Origin: Desulfobacterales bacterium
GTDB lineage: Bacteria; Desulfobacterota; Desulfobacteria; Desulfobacterales; UBA5616
Direction of reading: 5' to 3'
DNA: 64,000 bases
NCBI GenBank assembly: GCA_046483495.1
Contig: JAWODC010000090.1
Span: 64,001 to 128,000 of the forward strand
In this document: piece by piece, positions 29,197-39,948 of the stretch
Layout: each line of letters opens with the position of its first letter
Position numbering within the stretch: position 1 is the stretch's first letter
The notes under the pieces: generated by a model
Told to the model about the DNA's origin: nothing
Databases searched by the model: none
The model's input: the letters and a program-made list of their open reading frames with translations, nothing else
Made by a program: the position numbers and the translations under genes

Positions 29197-31125
29197 TTAA
29201 TCCGCCAGCAATCCATCCTTTGCAAGCACCTCGGCGACATCTTCCATGTCCAGGCTGTTCAAGATCGAGGCCGTCTGGAGGGCGGTGGCGGTATCCCATC
29301 CCCGGAGCGCATAATATTCCCTTCGCATGTCCTCGTACTTGCTTTTGTCCAGGACGTTTCCCCGAAAAGAAACAGGCTCATCGCCCGGGCCGGGTACGAT
29401 CATTCTGGGATTGATGGAGGACATTTCCACCGGATCGGTAAAATTGTACTCCTGCGGATAGTCATCGACCAGCGGCTTCCATCCCTCGCGCAAAAGCACG
29501 GCACGCTGCAGATTGAATATCCGTTCACCGTATCGCAGCAGTTCCGCTTCATCCGTTTCGATTCCGGTAACAGCCGTGAAAATTTTACTTTCCAGTGACG
29601 GATCTCCCACATGATCCGGTGTGTTGAAAGAATCCATAATGGGCCAGGCCGCTTCGCACAGCAGCAGGCTGTCCTTGACCATGACGCGCTCCTGTATGAT
29701 TTTGGCGGCCAGGGCCTTTCCCTCGTAACTGGTTTGGTCCCACGCCTTGTCGCCGCCCTGGAAGCGGATCATCTGTGCCCTGAATACTTCCGAATTCGTA
29801 GGGGAGAGATCCGGTTTAATCAGGTGCAGAAGCCATCGTGCTATTGGATAGCTGATTTCATGGAGCTGGGCTATGGGTTGACGGCTTTCAAGCGCCCACA
29901 GCAGCGCCGTCCCGACGTATTCCCTCGGTGTATACCCGCCGTTTACGCCGACACCGCCCACCCGCTCTCCGAAAAGCGACTTTACCTCATCGCCGAGCGT
30001 TTCACCGGCCCTCAAAAGCCCTTCCGCCAGCAATGCACCGAAGCCTTCCTTTCTGACAATTATTTCCATCAAATCGTTGAAAAATTCGCGCGTTCCTATT
30101 TTCGAAAGTGGAAGACCGGTATCCCTGTCCGATAGATAACCCGCTTCACGGCAGTCCCGAAGCCACGCGATGATATTGCCCGCCTCCATGGTGCAAATGC
30201 CGTAATCATTGCACATAGCCGTGGCATCGAGTGCCGTATGAATGCTCCCATCCTCCTGCATCAATGCATCGGGAATGTAAAATACCAGGGACTGGCATTT
30301 CCGGACCTCTTCCCGTCCGTTCAGGGTCCGGTACAGTCCCCTGAAACAATCCAGACCGCACTGGTAGCAGGAAGCCGTCTTGATGTACTTGAGATGCTGC
30401 TTGGGGACAGGCATCCTCAGTGTGCCGCGCCGGCTTAAGTGGATGGTGTACCTATTAAGGGCCTTTAGTTCATCTTTTCGAAAAACGGCGGGGTTAACGG
30501 TGCCCGAAACCGCAACGGCTTTCATGTTTTTTGAACCCATTACCGCACCAAAGCCGCCCGTGGCCGCCCCCTCATGATCCGTGATCAGTGCCGCGGTGCG
30601 GCACATGCTTTCTCCGGCCGGACCGATGCACACCGATCGCGTATGCTTGCCGTGCATTTCCTTAAGCGCCTCGCGAACGGCATAGGTTCCCCTGCCCCAC
30701 AAAAATGCGGCATCCCGAATTTCGGCACCGCTTTCCGTTATCCAGAGATATACCGGACGCGGCGCCCGTCCGGAAATGACAATGCCGTCGAATCCCGCCC
30801 GTTTCAGCGCCGGACCGAAGAAACCGCCCATATTGCCGTAACAGAAACGTTCCGGCAGCGTCATGGGGGATTTGCCGACGGCTTCGAAACGGGATGCCCC
30901 CTGGGCGCCGGTGGCCGTCAGGGGTCCGTTCATCAGCATCAGGCAATTACCCGGATCGAACGCTTCGGTTTCCGGCTTCACCCGATCGAAATAGATTTTG
31001 GTGGCGATGCCGCGGCCGCCGAGAAATCGGTTTGCATACGACCGGGTATCGCGTTCGGATATCGTGCCATGGGTCAAATCTACGTCGAGAATTTTTCCGC
31101 ACCATCCATAAAGACGAGGTGCCAT
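29197..31125 (-). CDS. Aldehyde:ferredoxin oxidoreductase family (W/Mo-pterin)
   Basis: FLGGRG, KSP, LKRAGFDGI, IGPAGE, GAVMGSKNMKA, CYQCGLDC, DSLLLC; start at ATG 31125. Confidence 0.92.
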   Translation of the reverse strand: MAPRLYGWCGKILDVDLTHGTISERDTRSYANRFLGGRGIATKIYFDRVKPETEAFDPGNCLMLMNGPLTATGAQGASRFEAVGKSPMTLPERFCYGNMGGFFGPALKRAGFDGIVISGRAPRPVYLWITESGAEIRDAAFLWGRGTYAVREALKEMHGKHTRSVCIGPAGESMCRTAALITDHEGAATGGFGAVMGSKNMKAVAVSGTVNPAVFRKDELKALNRYTIHLSRRGTLRMPVPKQHLKYIKTASCYQCGLDCFRGLYRTLNGREEVRKCQSLVFYIPDALMQEDGSIHTALDATAMCNDYGICTMEAGNIIAWLRDCREAGYLSDRDTGLPLSKIGTREFFNDLMEIIVRKEGFGALLAEGLLRAGETLGDEVKSLFGERVGGVGVNGGYTPREYVGTALLWALESRQPIAQLHEISYPIARWLLHLIKPDLSPTNSEVFRAQMIRFQGGDKAWDQTSYEGKALAAKIIQERVMVKDSLLLCEAAWPIMDSFNTPDHVGDPSLESKIFTAVTGIETDEAELLRYGERIFNLQRAVLLREGWKPLVDDYPQEYNFTDPVEMSSINPRMIVPGPGDEPVSFRGNVLDKSKYEDMRREYYALRGWDTATALQTASILNSLDMEDVAEVLAKDGLLAD

Positions 31126-31326
31126 TCTTCCCTCCTTTATTGTGGAAAATTGCCGCACAACAAGCCCCGGCGGCTGGGAACTTCAAAAGACGCATGCAGA
31201 AAGTCACACACGTGATACTTTAATAAAATGCAATAAAAATCAAGTGCTTTATTTTAAATTGAGTCGTGCCGGCAATCGTGGTATAGCGGGTTAAAACACG
31301 TTTGAGTGAAAGGAGAACCCCGCATT

Positions 31327-32118
31327 ATGACCGACCCCGTTATTCTCGTGGAGAAAATAGATCGCGTTGCAACCGTCACTTTAAACCGCCCCGACGTCAT
31401 GAATGCCCTGTCATCGGAATTGCGGATCGCCATTGAAGACACCTTCGAGGATTTGAAAAACGACCGGAGCATCGGCGTCGTTATCCTTACCGGCGCAGGC
31501 CGCGCCTTCTGCGCAGGACTCGATTTAAAGGAGTTGTCGGCCGGAAAAGGCATGATCGGAGATGTCGCGAGCAAACGAGAATCCAAGGTAAACCTGGCGA
31601 CACCCTTAAAGCGGTTCGGCCGGCCCATTATCGGCGCGATCAACGGTGTGGCTGTCACAGGCGGTTTCGAACTGGCCCTGGCCTGCGATATTCTGATCGC
31701 CTCCACGGAGGCGCGATTCGCAGACACTCATGCACGGGTCGGCATCTTGCCGGGATCCGAGCTCAGCCAGAAATTATCGCGATTGATCGGGATTTACCGG
31801 GCCAAGGAAGTGTCGCTGACCGGTAATTTCATCGGTGCCCAACAGGCCGTGGAATGGGGTCTCGTCAACCGGGTGGTCCCCCCGGATCAGGTCTTGCCGG
31901 CCTGCCGTGCGCTTGCAAACGATATCTTGTCATGCCCCGACGATATGGTTGAAAAGTATAAGAAGCTCATCGACGACGGCTTTCACATGACCTTTGGAGA
32001 GGGGCTGGAACTCGAACTGAAAGCCAATATTGAACACTTCAAAAGCCTCAGCCCCGAAACCGTGGCGACACGCCGACAGGATGTGCTGGCACGCGGGCGC
32101 AAACAGCAGCAGCCATGA
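31327..32118 (+). CDS. Enoyl-CoA hydratase/crotonase family
   Basis: LNRP..MNAL, AFCAGLDL, AVTGGFELALACD, FADTHARVG. Confidence 0.92.
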   Translation: MTDPVILVEKIDRVATVTLNRPDVMNALSSELRIAIEDTFEDLKNDRSIGVVILTGAGRAFCAGLDLKELSAGKGMIGDVASKRESKVNLATPLKRFGRPIIGAINGVAVTGGFELALACDILIASTEARFADTHARVGILPGSELSQKLSRLIGIYRAKEVSLTGNFIGAQQAVEWGLVNRVVPPDQVLPACRALANDILSCPDDMVEKYKKLIDDGFHMTFGEGLELELKANIEHFKSLSPETVATRRQDVLARGRKQQQP

Positions 32119-32175
32119 GGCATTCGGCGGTGGGAGCCGCTTCGGCCGCCTGCAAGGCCTTTAGAAAGGATTCAT

Positions 32176-32775
32176 ATGGAAGATCGGGTTGTTTTAGAAG
32201 TATTCTCGGATTATGTCTGACCCTGGTGCTATTTCTGTACCGGGCGTATTGAAAAACTCAAGTCTTCTTGCAATTTAGCGATAAAATGGGTTGCATTTCC
32301 CCTGCATCCCGAAACACCGGAACAGGGCATCCCTGTCCGGCAGCTTTTTGCCGGCCGCACCATCGATATCGAGGCGGTTTTTGCCCGGCTTCGGAATGCC
32401 GCCAAGGATGCGGGCCTTCCGCTTGCCGACCGTGACATGATCTACAACAGCCGCCGGGCCACGGAATTGGGCAAGTGGGCGGAGACGATGGGCCGGGGAG
32501 AAGCCTATCATGATGCGGTTTTCAGATCCTATTTCGATGAAGGCCTCAACATTTCCGACATCGACGTTCTGAAGCGGATCTGTCTGAACGTGGATCTCGA
32601 TCCGGAAAAAGCCGAGCGTGTTCTTGCTGAAAGGACCTTCCGCCTCGCGGTTGACGAGGACTGGGAGTATGCCTTGAGAATCGGCATCAGCGCTGTTCCG
32701 ACCTTTATCTGCGGCGGCAGAAGGATTGTCGGAGCCCAGCCCTACGCGGTTCTTAAGAACCTGGTGAACCGTTGA
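32176..32775 (+). CDS. DsbA/FrnE-family thiol oxidoreductase selenoprotein (Sec at TGA 32218-32220)
   Basis: AAAGGA RBS, ATG 32176, MEDRVVLEVFSDYV-U-PWCYF; frame is open through FPLHPETP into ORF 32437..32775 (GISAVPTF, GAQPY); 199 aa. Confidence 0.9.
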
Positions 32776-32923
32776 GCCGCCCGTTTCCCTTTCCTGTCTC
32801 AGCCCAACTCGAACATATAATCCCGCAACGCCCAATTTATTTTGACTGGTCACGAATAGATAAGGTAAACTTGGTTTTTGTACAAGGAGAATAAAACATG
32901 TGACCGCTTTCGGTGTGAGGCGT

Positions 32924-35900
32924 ATGAATACGGATCCGGAAATTGCCCAATTCCCTGAACCCGGCAGCAAAATCCTTATGTTTCGGGGCAATACGATTAC
33001 TTTCGAATTATCATTATCCGCCGCCCGCAAGGGATCCGGATGGCTTCGGACAAACATCGGCAATTCCGCCGTGACCCGGCGGGAAATTTTCCGCCATTTC
33101 AGATATGATGAAACGCCATTGGGCCGGGACTGGACCGATATTCCCATGAGCCCGGTGAACGAACGCCTTTTCAGTGTTACCGTTCCGCTTCCCGAAGTGG
33201 GCCACTTTGAAGCGAAGTGCTTATTTCTTCCCGAGGGAGAGATCGATCCGGTATGGCCTGCCGGCGCCAACACCGGTATCAATGTGGAGCCTGCCGATAC
33301 GATCTGCGCGAATGTGATTTATAACGCGTTCGTACGCCAGTTCGGACCCAACAAGGCCGGCGGATATTTCGAGTCCACGCCGGAAGACTGCATCGAACTG
33401 CTGGATTCGAAAAAGTATGCCGTTATCCCCCCGTCCGGCACATTCAGGGACCTGATACGGGAGCTCGATTTCATTATGGGGACCCTGGGCTGCAGAATCA
33501 TTCAGTTGCTGCCCATAAACCCCACACCCACAACATTCGCCCGCATGGGCCGATATGGCAGCCCTTATGCCGCCTTGAATTTTACCACCGTGGATCCGGC
33601 CATGGCCGAGTTCGATTTAAGAGCAACGCCCTTAGACCAGTTTATCGAGTTGGTGGATGCCGTTCATCATCGAAACGGGAAACTCATTCTCGATATCGCC
33701 GTCAACCACACGGGCTGGGCGGCCGCCATTCACGAATTGGAGCCCCGTTGGCTGGCACGGGACGATAAGGGACGCATTCAGAATCCGGGGGCCTGGGGCA
33801 TTATATGGGAGGATTTGACCAAACTGGATTACTCCCATAAAGACTTGTGGGAATACATTGCGGATGTATTTCTGACCTGGTGCCGCAGAGGGGTCGACGG
33901 GTTTCGCTGCGACGCCGGGTACATGATCCCTGAACCGGTGTGGCGCTATGTCATCGCCCGGGTCCGGGAACAGTTCCCGGATGCCGTATTTCTGCTGGAA
34001 GGCCTTGGCGGAAAAATTTCAGTCACCCGTGATCTTTTGAATACGGGCAATTTCAACTGGGCTTATTCCGAACTGTTCCAGAACTACGATCGCGGCCAGA
34101 TCGAATGGTACCTGCCGCAAGCCGTCGATATCTCGAAAAAAGACGGTATTCTCATTCATTTCGCCGAAACACACGACAATCTCAGGCTGGCCGCGACTTC
34201 CCGCCCCTATGCCCGAATGCGGACCGCCTTGTGCGCATTATGTTCCTGTTTCGGTGGATTCGGCTTTGCCAATGGCGTGGAGTGGTTCGCCACGGAAAAA
34301 ATCGTGGTACACGAATCGCCTTCCTTGAACTGGGGTTCACCGGAAAACCAGGTCGACCCAATCCAGGCGGTCAGCCGGTTGTTGCGGGACCATCCCGCAT
34401 TCAGCGACCGCACCGACATCTCACTAATCGAGACCGGAGAGGGCAGCGGCATCGCCCTGCTCCGGCACCATCGCCCCAGCGGAAAAAAGCTGCTGATCAT
34501 AGCCAACCTCGATGCCGTAAACGGCACAACGATCAATTGGCTGCAGCAGCCCGGCTTTACCGGACCCGTCCTTTGGGATATGCTGTCCCGCAAAAAGGTC
34601 CGGATCGGAAAAAGCGACCGTTACAATTCTGCAGTGCTGAAGGCCGGCGAAATTTTTTGCCTGTCCGAAGAAACCGAAGAAGTCTCCCGGACGGATAGCC
34701 ATAAAACCGATCTGACATCCATACCCGAAAAGATCCTGCTTCAGCGATTGAAAGCCAAGGTGCTGGAGGCCATACATGCCGTCGACGGTTTAACCGATCT
34801 GCAGGCGTTCGGCATCGAAGATGCGGCCTTTTCACTGGCTGCGGACCCCGTATCGTTCTGCAGCCGTTTGAATACGGCATCCGAAGAGCCGCGGGTCACG
34901 ATCTGGAAGTATCCCGAAGACGTAAAGCGGGAAGTGATGATACCGCCGGATCACTTTTTCTGCATCAATGCCCGAATGCCGTTTCGTGCGATGCTGATCC
35001 ACAAAACCCGGGTCGTGGGCATAGAAAACAGCCTCCCCCTGCAGGATGGAACTTTTTTTGCACTGTTTTGCCCGTGGACCCGGCCGCAAACCGCATCCGC
35101 ATCTTTAGAACTCACCCTGTTTCCTTCCGGACCGGCCGTCAAGGCAACCGGACGTCTTCTTTTTCTCCACCGGAGAATGGCTTCCGACCGTCCGCGGATC
35201 AGGAATTTTTTCGCAAAAAAGGATATTCGAAAAGCGCCCATGATGTTTTTAAGCACGAACGGACGCGGGGCTATGTTCAGATCCGCTTTGTCCTGGTCGG
35301 TCTTGCAAAGCCGGTATGACGCGCTGCTCGCCGCCAACCTGGACCCGGATCATCCGGTCAACCGCCACATTATGTTTGCCCGATGCCGGGCCTGGGTTGT
35401 CTTTCAAGGGTATTCGCAAGAGGTTACGGTCGAAACCCTCCAATCCTTCTATTACACCAACGGCGCCGGCTACTGGCGCTTTGAAATACCGACGGGCAAA
35501 GGTTCCCACATTATGCTCACCATAAAAGGGGCGATGCTGCCGGGCGAAAATGCGACCCTGCTTTCGTTTTATCGTCACCCGGGACAACGGGCCGGAAATG
35601 GTCCGGATGACGCAGAACCCGTTCGTCTCATTCTTCGACCGGATATCGAAGACAGGGGATTTCATGAGGTCACCAAGGCCTATTCCGGTCCGGAGCAGGC
35701 ATTCCCGCGGGCGGTGGCGGAGCATGGCCAGGGATTCATATTTGCACCGTCACCCCATCACCGCCTGAGTATTCACATCAGCGAGGGAGACTTTATTCGA
35801 GAACCGGAATGGCACTACATGGTGCACCGTCCACTGGAGGCGCAGCGGGGTTTGGATCCCGATTCGGATCTTTTCAGTCCCGGATATTTTTCATGCCTGC

Positions 35901-37222
35901 TCAAGGGCGATCACCAAATCGAACTCCTTGCCCGCATCGAACCCGCCGGTGTTCTCCCGCGCCAATATCAGTCCGTCCCCTCTCGAATCAGACGAATCGA
36001 ATTGCCCGAATCGTTGCAGCCGATAGCGATGGAACAGGCGCTGCACAAGGCCATGGATGCCTTCATCGTCGCCAGAAAAGATTTATATTCGGTCATTGCG
36101 GGATATCCCTGGTTTCTGGACTGGGGGCGGGATGCCTTGATTTTCGTCAGGGGGATGATCGCCGCCGGAAAAGTCAAAACAGCCGGAGCCGTTATCAAGC
36201 AGTTCGGCATGTACGAGGAAAACGGGACACTGCCGAATATGATCGTCGGTGACTATCTGGGGAACCGGGATACATCAGATGCGCCGCTCTGGTTCTGCAT
36301 GGCGTGTTCGGATCTTCTTAGAAAAGGCGAGCACATGACCTTTCTGGAAGAGGACTGCGGCGGAAGAAAAATTCGGGACATTTTGCTGTCCATCGCAAAC
36401 GCCTATTCTTCACAGACGGCCAACGGCATTCGAATGGACCCGGATTCGGCACTTATTTACAGTCCGGAGCACTTTACCTGGATGGACACCAATTATCCGG
36501 CGGGAACGCCCCGGCAGGGCTACCCGATTGAAATCCAGGCCCTCTGGTACGCGGCATTGAAGCTGTTCGAACGAATCGACGGTAAGCACGACAGCAGGTG
36601 GCAAACGCTCGCCGAACAGCTCCGATCATCCATTTACGCGTATTTTTACCTCGATGCGGAGGGCTACCTGGCGGACTGCCTACACGCCGGTCCTCAAACG
36701 CGGATTCAACACGCGAAAAAAGACGATGCCCTGCGGCCCAATCAACTTCTTGCAATCACCACCGGACTGGTCGAAGACAAGGCGGTCGGCCGAAATATGC
36801 TTGCCGCATGTGAAGCGCTTCTGATTCCGGGGGCGATCCGCAGCCTGGCGGATAAACCCACCGTGTACCCGTTGACCATCCGGCATAACGGTGAGGTTCT
36901 CAACGACCCTCACCGGCCGTATCGAGGAAAATACGAGGGGGATGAAGATACGCGACGGAAGCCTGCCTATCATAACGGTACGGCCTGGACATGGATGTTC
37001 CCGCTGTTCTCTGAAGCATGGGCGATGGTTTACGGACCCGCGGCGAAAGATACCGCCCTGTCCATTCTTTTCAGCGGTTCCCGGTTGATGGAAACCGGAT
37101 GCGTGGGGCACATTCCCGAGATTCTGGACGGCGACTTCCCTCATATGCCGCGGGGCTGCGATGCCCAGGGATGGGGGGTCAGTGAATTGCTCCGTGTGTT
37201 GATCAAGCTTAATATAAATTAA
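32924..37222 (+). CDS. Glycogen debranching enzyme: GH13 domain fused to amylo-alpha-1,6-glucosidase (GH133)
   Basis: GSPYA, FRCDAG, LLEG, ETHDN; C-terminal IAGYPWF.DWGRD, TWMD, LRPNQ, YHNG, GCDAQGW; start at 32900 or 32924. Confidence 0.9.
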   Translation: MNTDPEIAQFPEPGSKILMFRGNTITFELSLSAARKGSGWLRTNIGNSAVTRREIFRHFRYDETPLGRDWTDIPMSPVNERLFSVTVPLPEVGHFEAKCLFLPEGEIDPVWPAGANTGINVEPADTICANVIYNAFVRQFGPNKAGGYFESTPEDCIELLDSKKYAVIPPSGTFRDLIRELDFIMGTLGCRIIQLLPINPTPTTFARMGRYGSPYAALNFTTVDPAMAEFDLRATPLDQFIELVDAVHHRNGKLILDIAVNHTGWAAAIHELEPRWLARDDKGRIQNPGAWGIIWEDLTKLDYSHKDLWEYIADVFLTWCRRGVDGFRCDAGYMIPEPVWRYVIARVREQFPDAVFLLEGLGGKISVTRDLLNTGNFNWAYSELFQNYDRGQIEWYLPQAVDISKKDGILIHFAETHDNLRLAATSRPYARMRTALCALCSCFGGFGFANGVEWFATEKIVVHESPSLNWGSPENQVDPIQAVSRLLRDHPAFSDRTDISLIETGEGSGIALLRHHRPSGKKLLIIANLDAVNGTTINWLQQPGFTGPVLWDMLSRKKVRIGKSDRYNSAVLKAGEIFCLSEETEEVSRTDSHKTDLTSIPEKILLQRLKAKVLEAIHAVDGLTDLQAFGIEDAAFSLAADPVSFCSRLNTASEEPRVTIWKYPEDVKREVMIPPDHFFCINARMPFRAMLIHKTRVVGIENSLPLQDGTFFALFCPWTRPQTASASLELTLFPSGPAVKATGRLLFLHRRMASDRPRIRNFFAKKDIRKAPMMFLSTNGRGAMFRSALSWSVLQSRYDALLAANLDPDHPVNRHIMFARCRAWVVFQGYSQEVTVETLQSFYYTNGAGYWRFEIPTGKGSHIMLTIKGAMLPGENATLLSFYRHPGQRAGNGPDDAEPVRLILRPDIEDRGFHEVTKAYSGPEQAFPRAVAEHGQGFIFAPSPHHRLSIHISEGDFIREPEWHYMVHRPLEAQRGLDPDSDLFSPGYFSCLLKGDHQIELLARIEPAGVLPRQYQSVPSRIRRIELPESLQPIAMEQALHKAMDAFIVARKDLYSVIAGYPWFLDWGRDALIFVRGMIAAGKVKTAGAVIKQFGMYEENGTLPNMIVGDYLGNRDTSDAPLWFCMACSDLLRKGEHMTFLEEDCGGRKIRDILLSIANAYSSQTANGIRMDPDSALIYSPEHFTWMDTNYPAGTPRQGYPIEIQALWYAALKLFERIDGKHDSRWQTLAEQLRSSIYAYFYLDAEGYLADCLHAGPQTRIQHAKKDDALRPNQLLAITTGLVEDKAVGRNMLAACEALLIPGAIRSLADKPTVYPLTIRHNGEVLNDPHRPYRGKYEGDEDTRRKPAYHNGTAWTWMFPLFSEAWAMVYGPAAKDTALSILFSGSRLMETGCVGHIPEILDGDFPHMPRGCDAQGWGVSELLRVLIKLNIN

Positions 37223-37351
37223 TTCAGACATTTATATTTCAGATCACAGCTGAAAATAAGTGTTGCAAAGGCGGGACAAGATCGATAGAAGACACGCTGC
37301 ACGATACAGGATTCATTGTTGATAATAAAAGGGTTACCGTAAGGATATTCG

Positions 37352-39901
37352 ATGAAAAAATTGCAGACGTTCCAGGTGCTCTGGTATTTGCCCGAGCCGA
37401 TTCAGTTTCTTGAAACACTGGCCATGAATTTCTGGTGGAGCTGGAAACGAGACGCCATAGAACTCTTCAGGCGAATCGACCCGCTGAAATGGGAAGCCTC
37501 CGGCAAAAACCCGATTGCTTTTTTGAGCATGCTCTCCCAGAAACGACTCGAACAGAGCTCAAAGGATCCAAGTTTTCTCGCACATCAAAATCGCGTCATG
37601 GAAGACTTTCGGTACCGGGTTCTTTCAGAACGGGAGCAACCGGGCGAATATTTCGGACGAAACGAAACCATCGCCTATTTTTCAATGGAATTCGGTATCC
37701 ATGAAAGCCTGCCGATTTTTGCAGGAGGGCTTGGAATTCTGGCGGGGGATCATCTGAAATCCGCCTCGAATATGGGACTGCCGCTGACCGGAGTCGGTCT
37801 TCTTTACCGAAGGGGTTATTTCAAGCAATTGGTCAATTCAGACGGATGGCAAGGGGAGGAGTACCCGGAAATCGATTATTATAATCTGCCCATCGTGAGG
37901 GCCCAGGACATCAACGGCAGGGATGCCCGAATAAACGTGACCGGCCCATCCGGGGACATTCACGCCGACGTGTGGAAAATACAGGTGGGCAAGATTCCCC
38001 TGTATCTTCTGGATGCCAATATTCATGAGAATCCCCCTGAAATCAGGGCGATTACATCGAATTTATATACCGGCGATTTAAAATTGAGGCTTTCCCAGGA
38101 AGTTCTGCTGGGCATCGGCGGAATGAAGGCCTTGGCGGCCATGGGAATTTATCCCAAGGTTTACCACATGAATGAAGGCCATTGCGCATTTTGCGGAGTG
38201 GAGCGGCTCGCCCAAATCATGACCGATCATCATGTCGATTTGAAAACAGCACTTGAAATTCTTCCCAGAACCACTATTTTCACCACGCATACCCCGGTTG
38301 CGGCGGGACACGATGAATTCGGTACGGACCTCGTCATCCCGGTATTGAAGCCCTATGAAAACATCTTCCATACATCCGTGGAGGAAATTCTGTCCTGGGG
38401 TCAGGTGAGCGGCCCCAATCCAACCGAACCGCTTTCCATGTTTATCCTGGGCATGCACTTAGCCCAGTATCGAAACGGCGTGAGCAAACTCCACGGCAGC
38501 ACCGCCCGCCAGATGTGGTCCCATGTCTGGCCGGACCGGCCCCTGAACGATGTCCCCATTTCCTACGTCACTAACGGCATTCATATATCGTCTTTCATCA
38601 CTCCTGAGATTTCTTCGCTGTTTGACCGTTACCTGGGGCCGGATTGGTATCTGGGTTCCCGAAGACCCGAAAATATAGAGCTCATCGACAGCATACCGGA
38701 TGAAGAATTGTGGTGGGCCCATGAACTGAGCAGAGCCCGGCTGATCAATATCTGCCGTCAACGGCTGGTGCGGCAGTACAAGCGCCAGAATGCTCCTCTG
38801 AATTTGATCGAGGACATGGAAATGGCTCTGGACAACGACACGCTGACCATCGGGTTTGCCCGAAGGTTTGCCACTTACAAGCGGGCCTATCTGCCGTTCA
38901 GCGACCCGGACCGCCTCGAATCGATACTGAACTCGGAAAACCGTCCCGTTCAGTTTGTCTTTGCCGGAAAAGCCCACCCAAGGGATCATGAAGGCAAGGA
39001 CATTATCAAACGCCTGGTCGAATTCACCCATCGGCCCGGTGCCAAGCGAAAAATCGTGTACCTGGAAGATTACAATATGGACCTTGCCCGGTACCTTATC
39101 CAGGGCGTTGACGCGTGGCTGAACACGCCTAGAAGACCTTACGAGGCATGCGGCACGTCCGGCATGAAGGCAGCCGTAAACGGTGTTTTAAACATCAGCA
39201 TACTTGATGGGTGGTGGGTGGAGGGGTATTCTCCAAATACCGGATGGGCAATCGGCAATGGTGAGGAATACCGGGATTTCGCCTACCAGGATTTCGTCGA
39301 AAGCCAGGCACTCTATAATATTTTGGAAAACGAGATCATCCCGACATTCTATGGCCGAAAAAACGGGGATCTGCCGTTTATGTGGCTGGCTAAAATGAAA
39401 GCCTCCATGAAAATGGTAATGCAGCATTTCTGCAGCCATCGCATGGTGCACGAGTATGAAAACCGGTATTACAATATGGCCGCCCGGCGTCATGATGCCA
39501 TGCTGGCCGACAATGCAGCAGAGGCGAAGCGAATCGCCGACCAGGTTCGGCGATACCGGCGGCTCTGGAATCGGATCAGAATAGAAGAGCCGAAACGGGA
39601 GCGGGCCGGGTCTTTCAGAGTCGGAGAACGCTTCGAGGTCTCCGCTGTTGTATTTCTCGGGGAATTGAAGCCCGAGGAAGTTGCGGTGGAACTCTACTAC
39701 GGGCCTTACAAGGAACTGGCCGAATTCACCGCCGGTGAGGCGATCCCCATGTCGGCAAAGGAGGATCTGGGAAACGGCGCATACCTTTACGGCTGTATGA
39801 TGGATTGCCGAAACGCCGGTCGATTCGGCTTCACGGCAAGGGTCACCCCAACCGGAGACCAGAGAACGATCCTGACCCCCAAACTGATCACCTGGGCGTA
39901 A
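37352..39901 (+). CDS. glgP: Alpha-glucan (glycogen) phosphorylase
   Basis: YFSMEFG, GGLGILAGDH, HMNEGH, FARRFATYKR, EACGTSGMKA (PLP lysine). Confidence 0.96.
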   Translation: MKKLQTFQVLWYLPEPIQFLETLAMNFWWSWKRDAIELFRRIDPLKWEASGKNPIAFLSMLSQKRLEQSSKDPSFLAHQNRVMEDFRYRVLSEREQPGEYFGRNETIAYFSMEFGIHESLPIFAGGLGILAGDHLKSASNMGLPLTGVGLLYRRGYFKQLVNSDGWQGEEYPEIDYYNLPIVRAQDINGRDARINVTGPSGDIHADVWKIQVGKIPLYLLDANIHENPPEIRAITSNLYTGDLKLRLSQEVLLGIGGMKALAAMGIYPKVYHMNEGHCAFCGVERLAQIMTDHHVDLKTALEILPRTTIFTTHTPVAAGHDEFGTDLVIPVLKPYENIFHTSVEEILSWGQVSGPNPTEPLSMFILGMHLAQYRNGVSKLHGSTARQMWSHVWPDRPLNDVPISYVTNGIHISSFITPEISSLFDRYLGPDWYLGSRRPENIELIDSIPDEELWWAHELSRARLINICRQRLVRQYKRQNAPLNLIEDMEMALDNDTLTIGFARRFATYKRAYLPFSDPDRLESILNSENRPVQFVFAGKAHPRDHEGKDIIKRLVEFTHRPGAKRKIVYLEDYNMDLARYLIQGVDAWLNTPRRPYEACGTSGMKAAVNGVLNISILDGWWVEGYSPNTGWAIGNGEEYRDFAYQDFVESQALYNILENEIIPTFYGRKNGDLPFMWLAKMKASMKMVMQHFCSHRMVHEYENRYYNMAARRHDAMLADNAAEAKRIADQVRRYRRLWNRIRIEEPKRERAGSFRVGERFEVSAVVFLGELKPEEVAVELYYGPYKELAEFTAGEAIPMSAKEDLGNGAYLYGCMMDCRNAGRFGFTARVTPTGDQRTILTPKLITWA

Positions 39902-39948
39902 AGGCGCCGCATCGAACCGCGGACGGGAAAGGCTGAAATACTGCAGAA

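Noticed and set aside
32275..33282. 335-aa minus-strand ORF
   Set aside because: Antisense to the selenoprotein and debranching genes; no recognisable motifs
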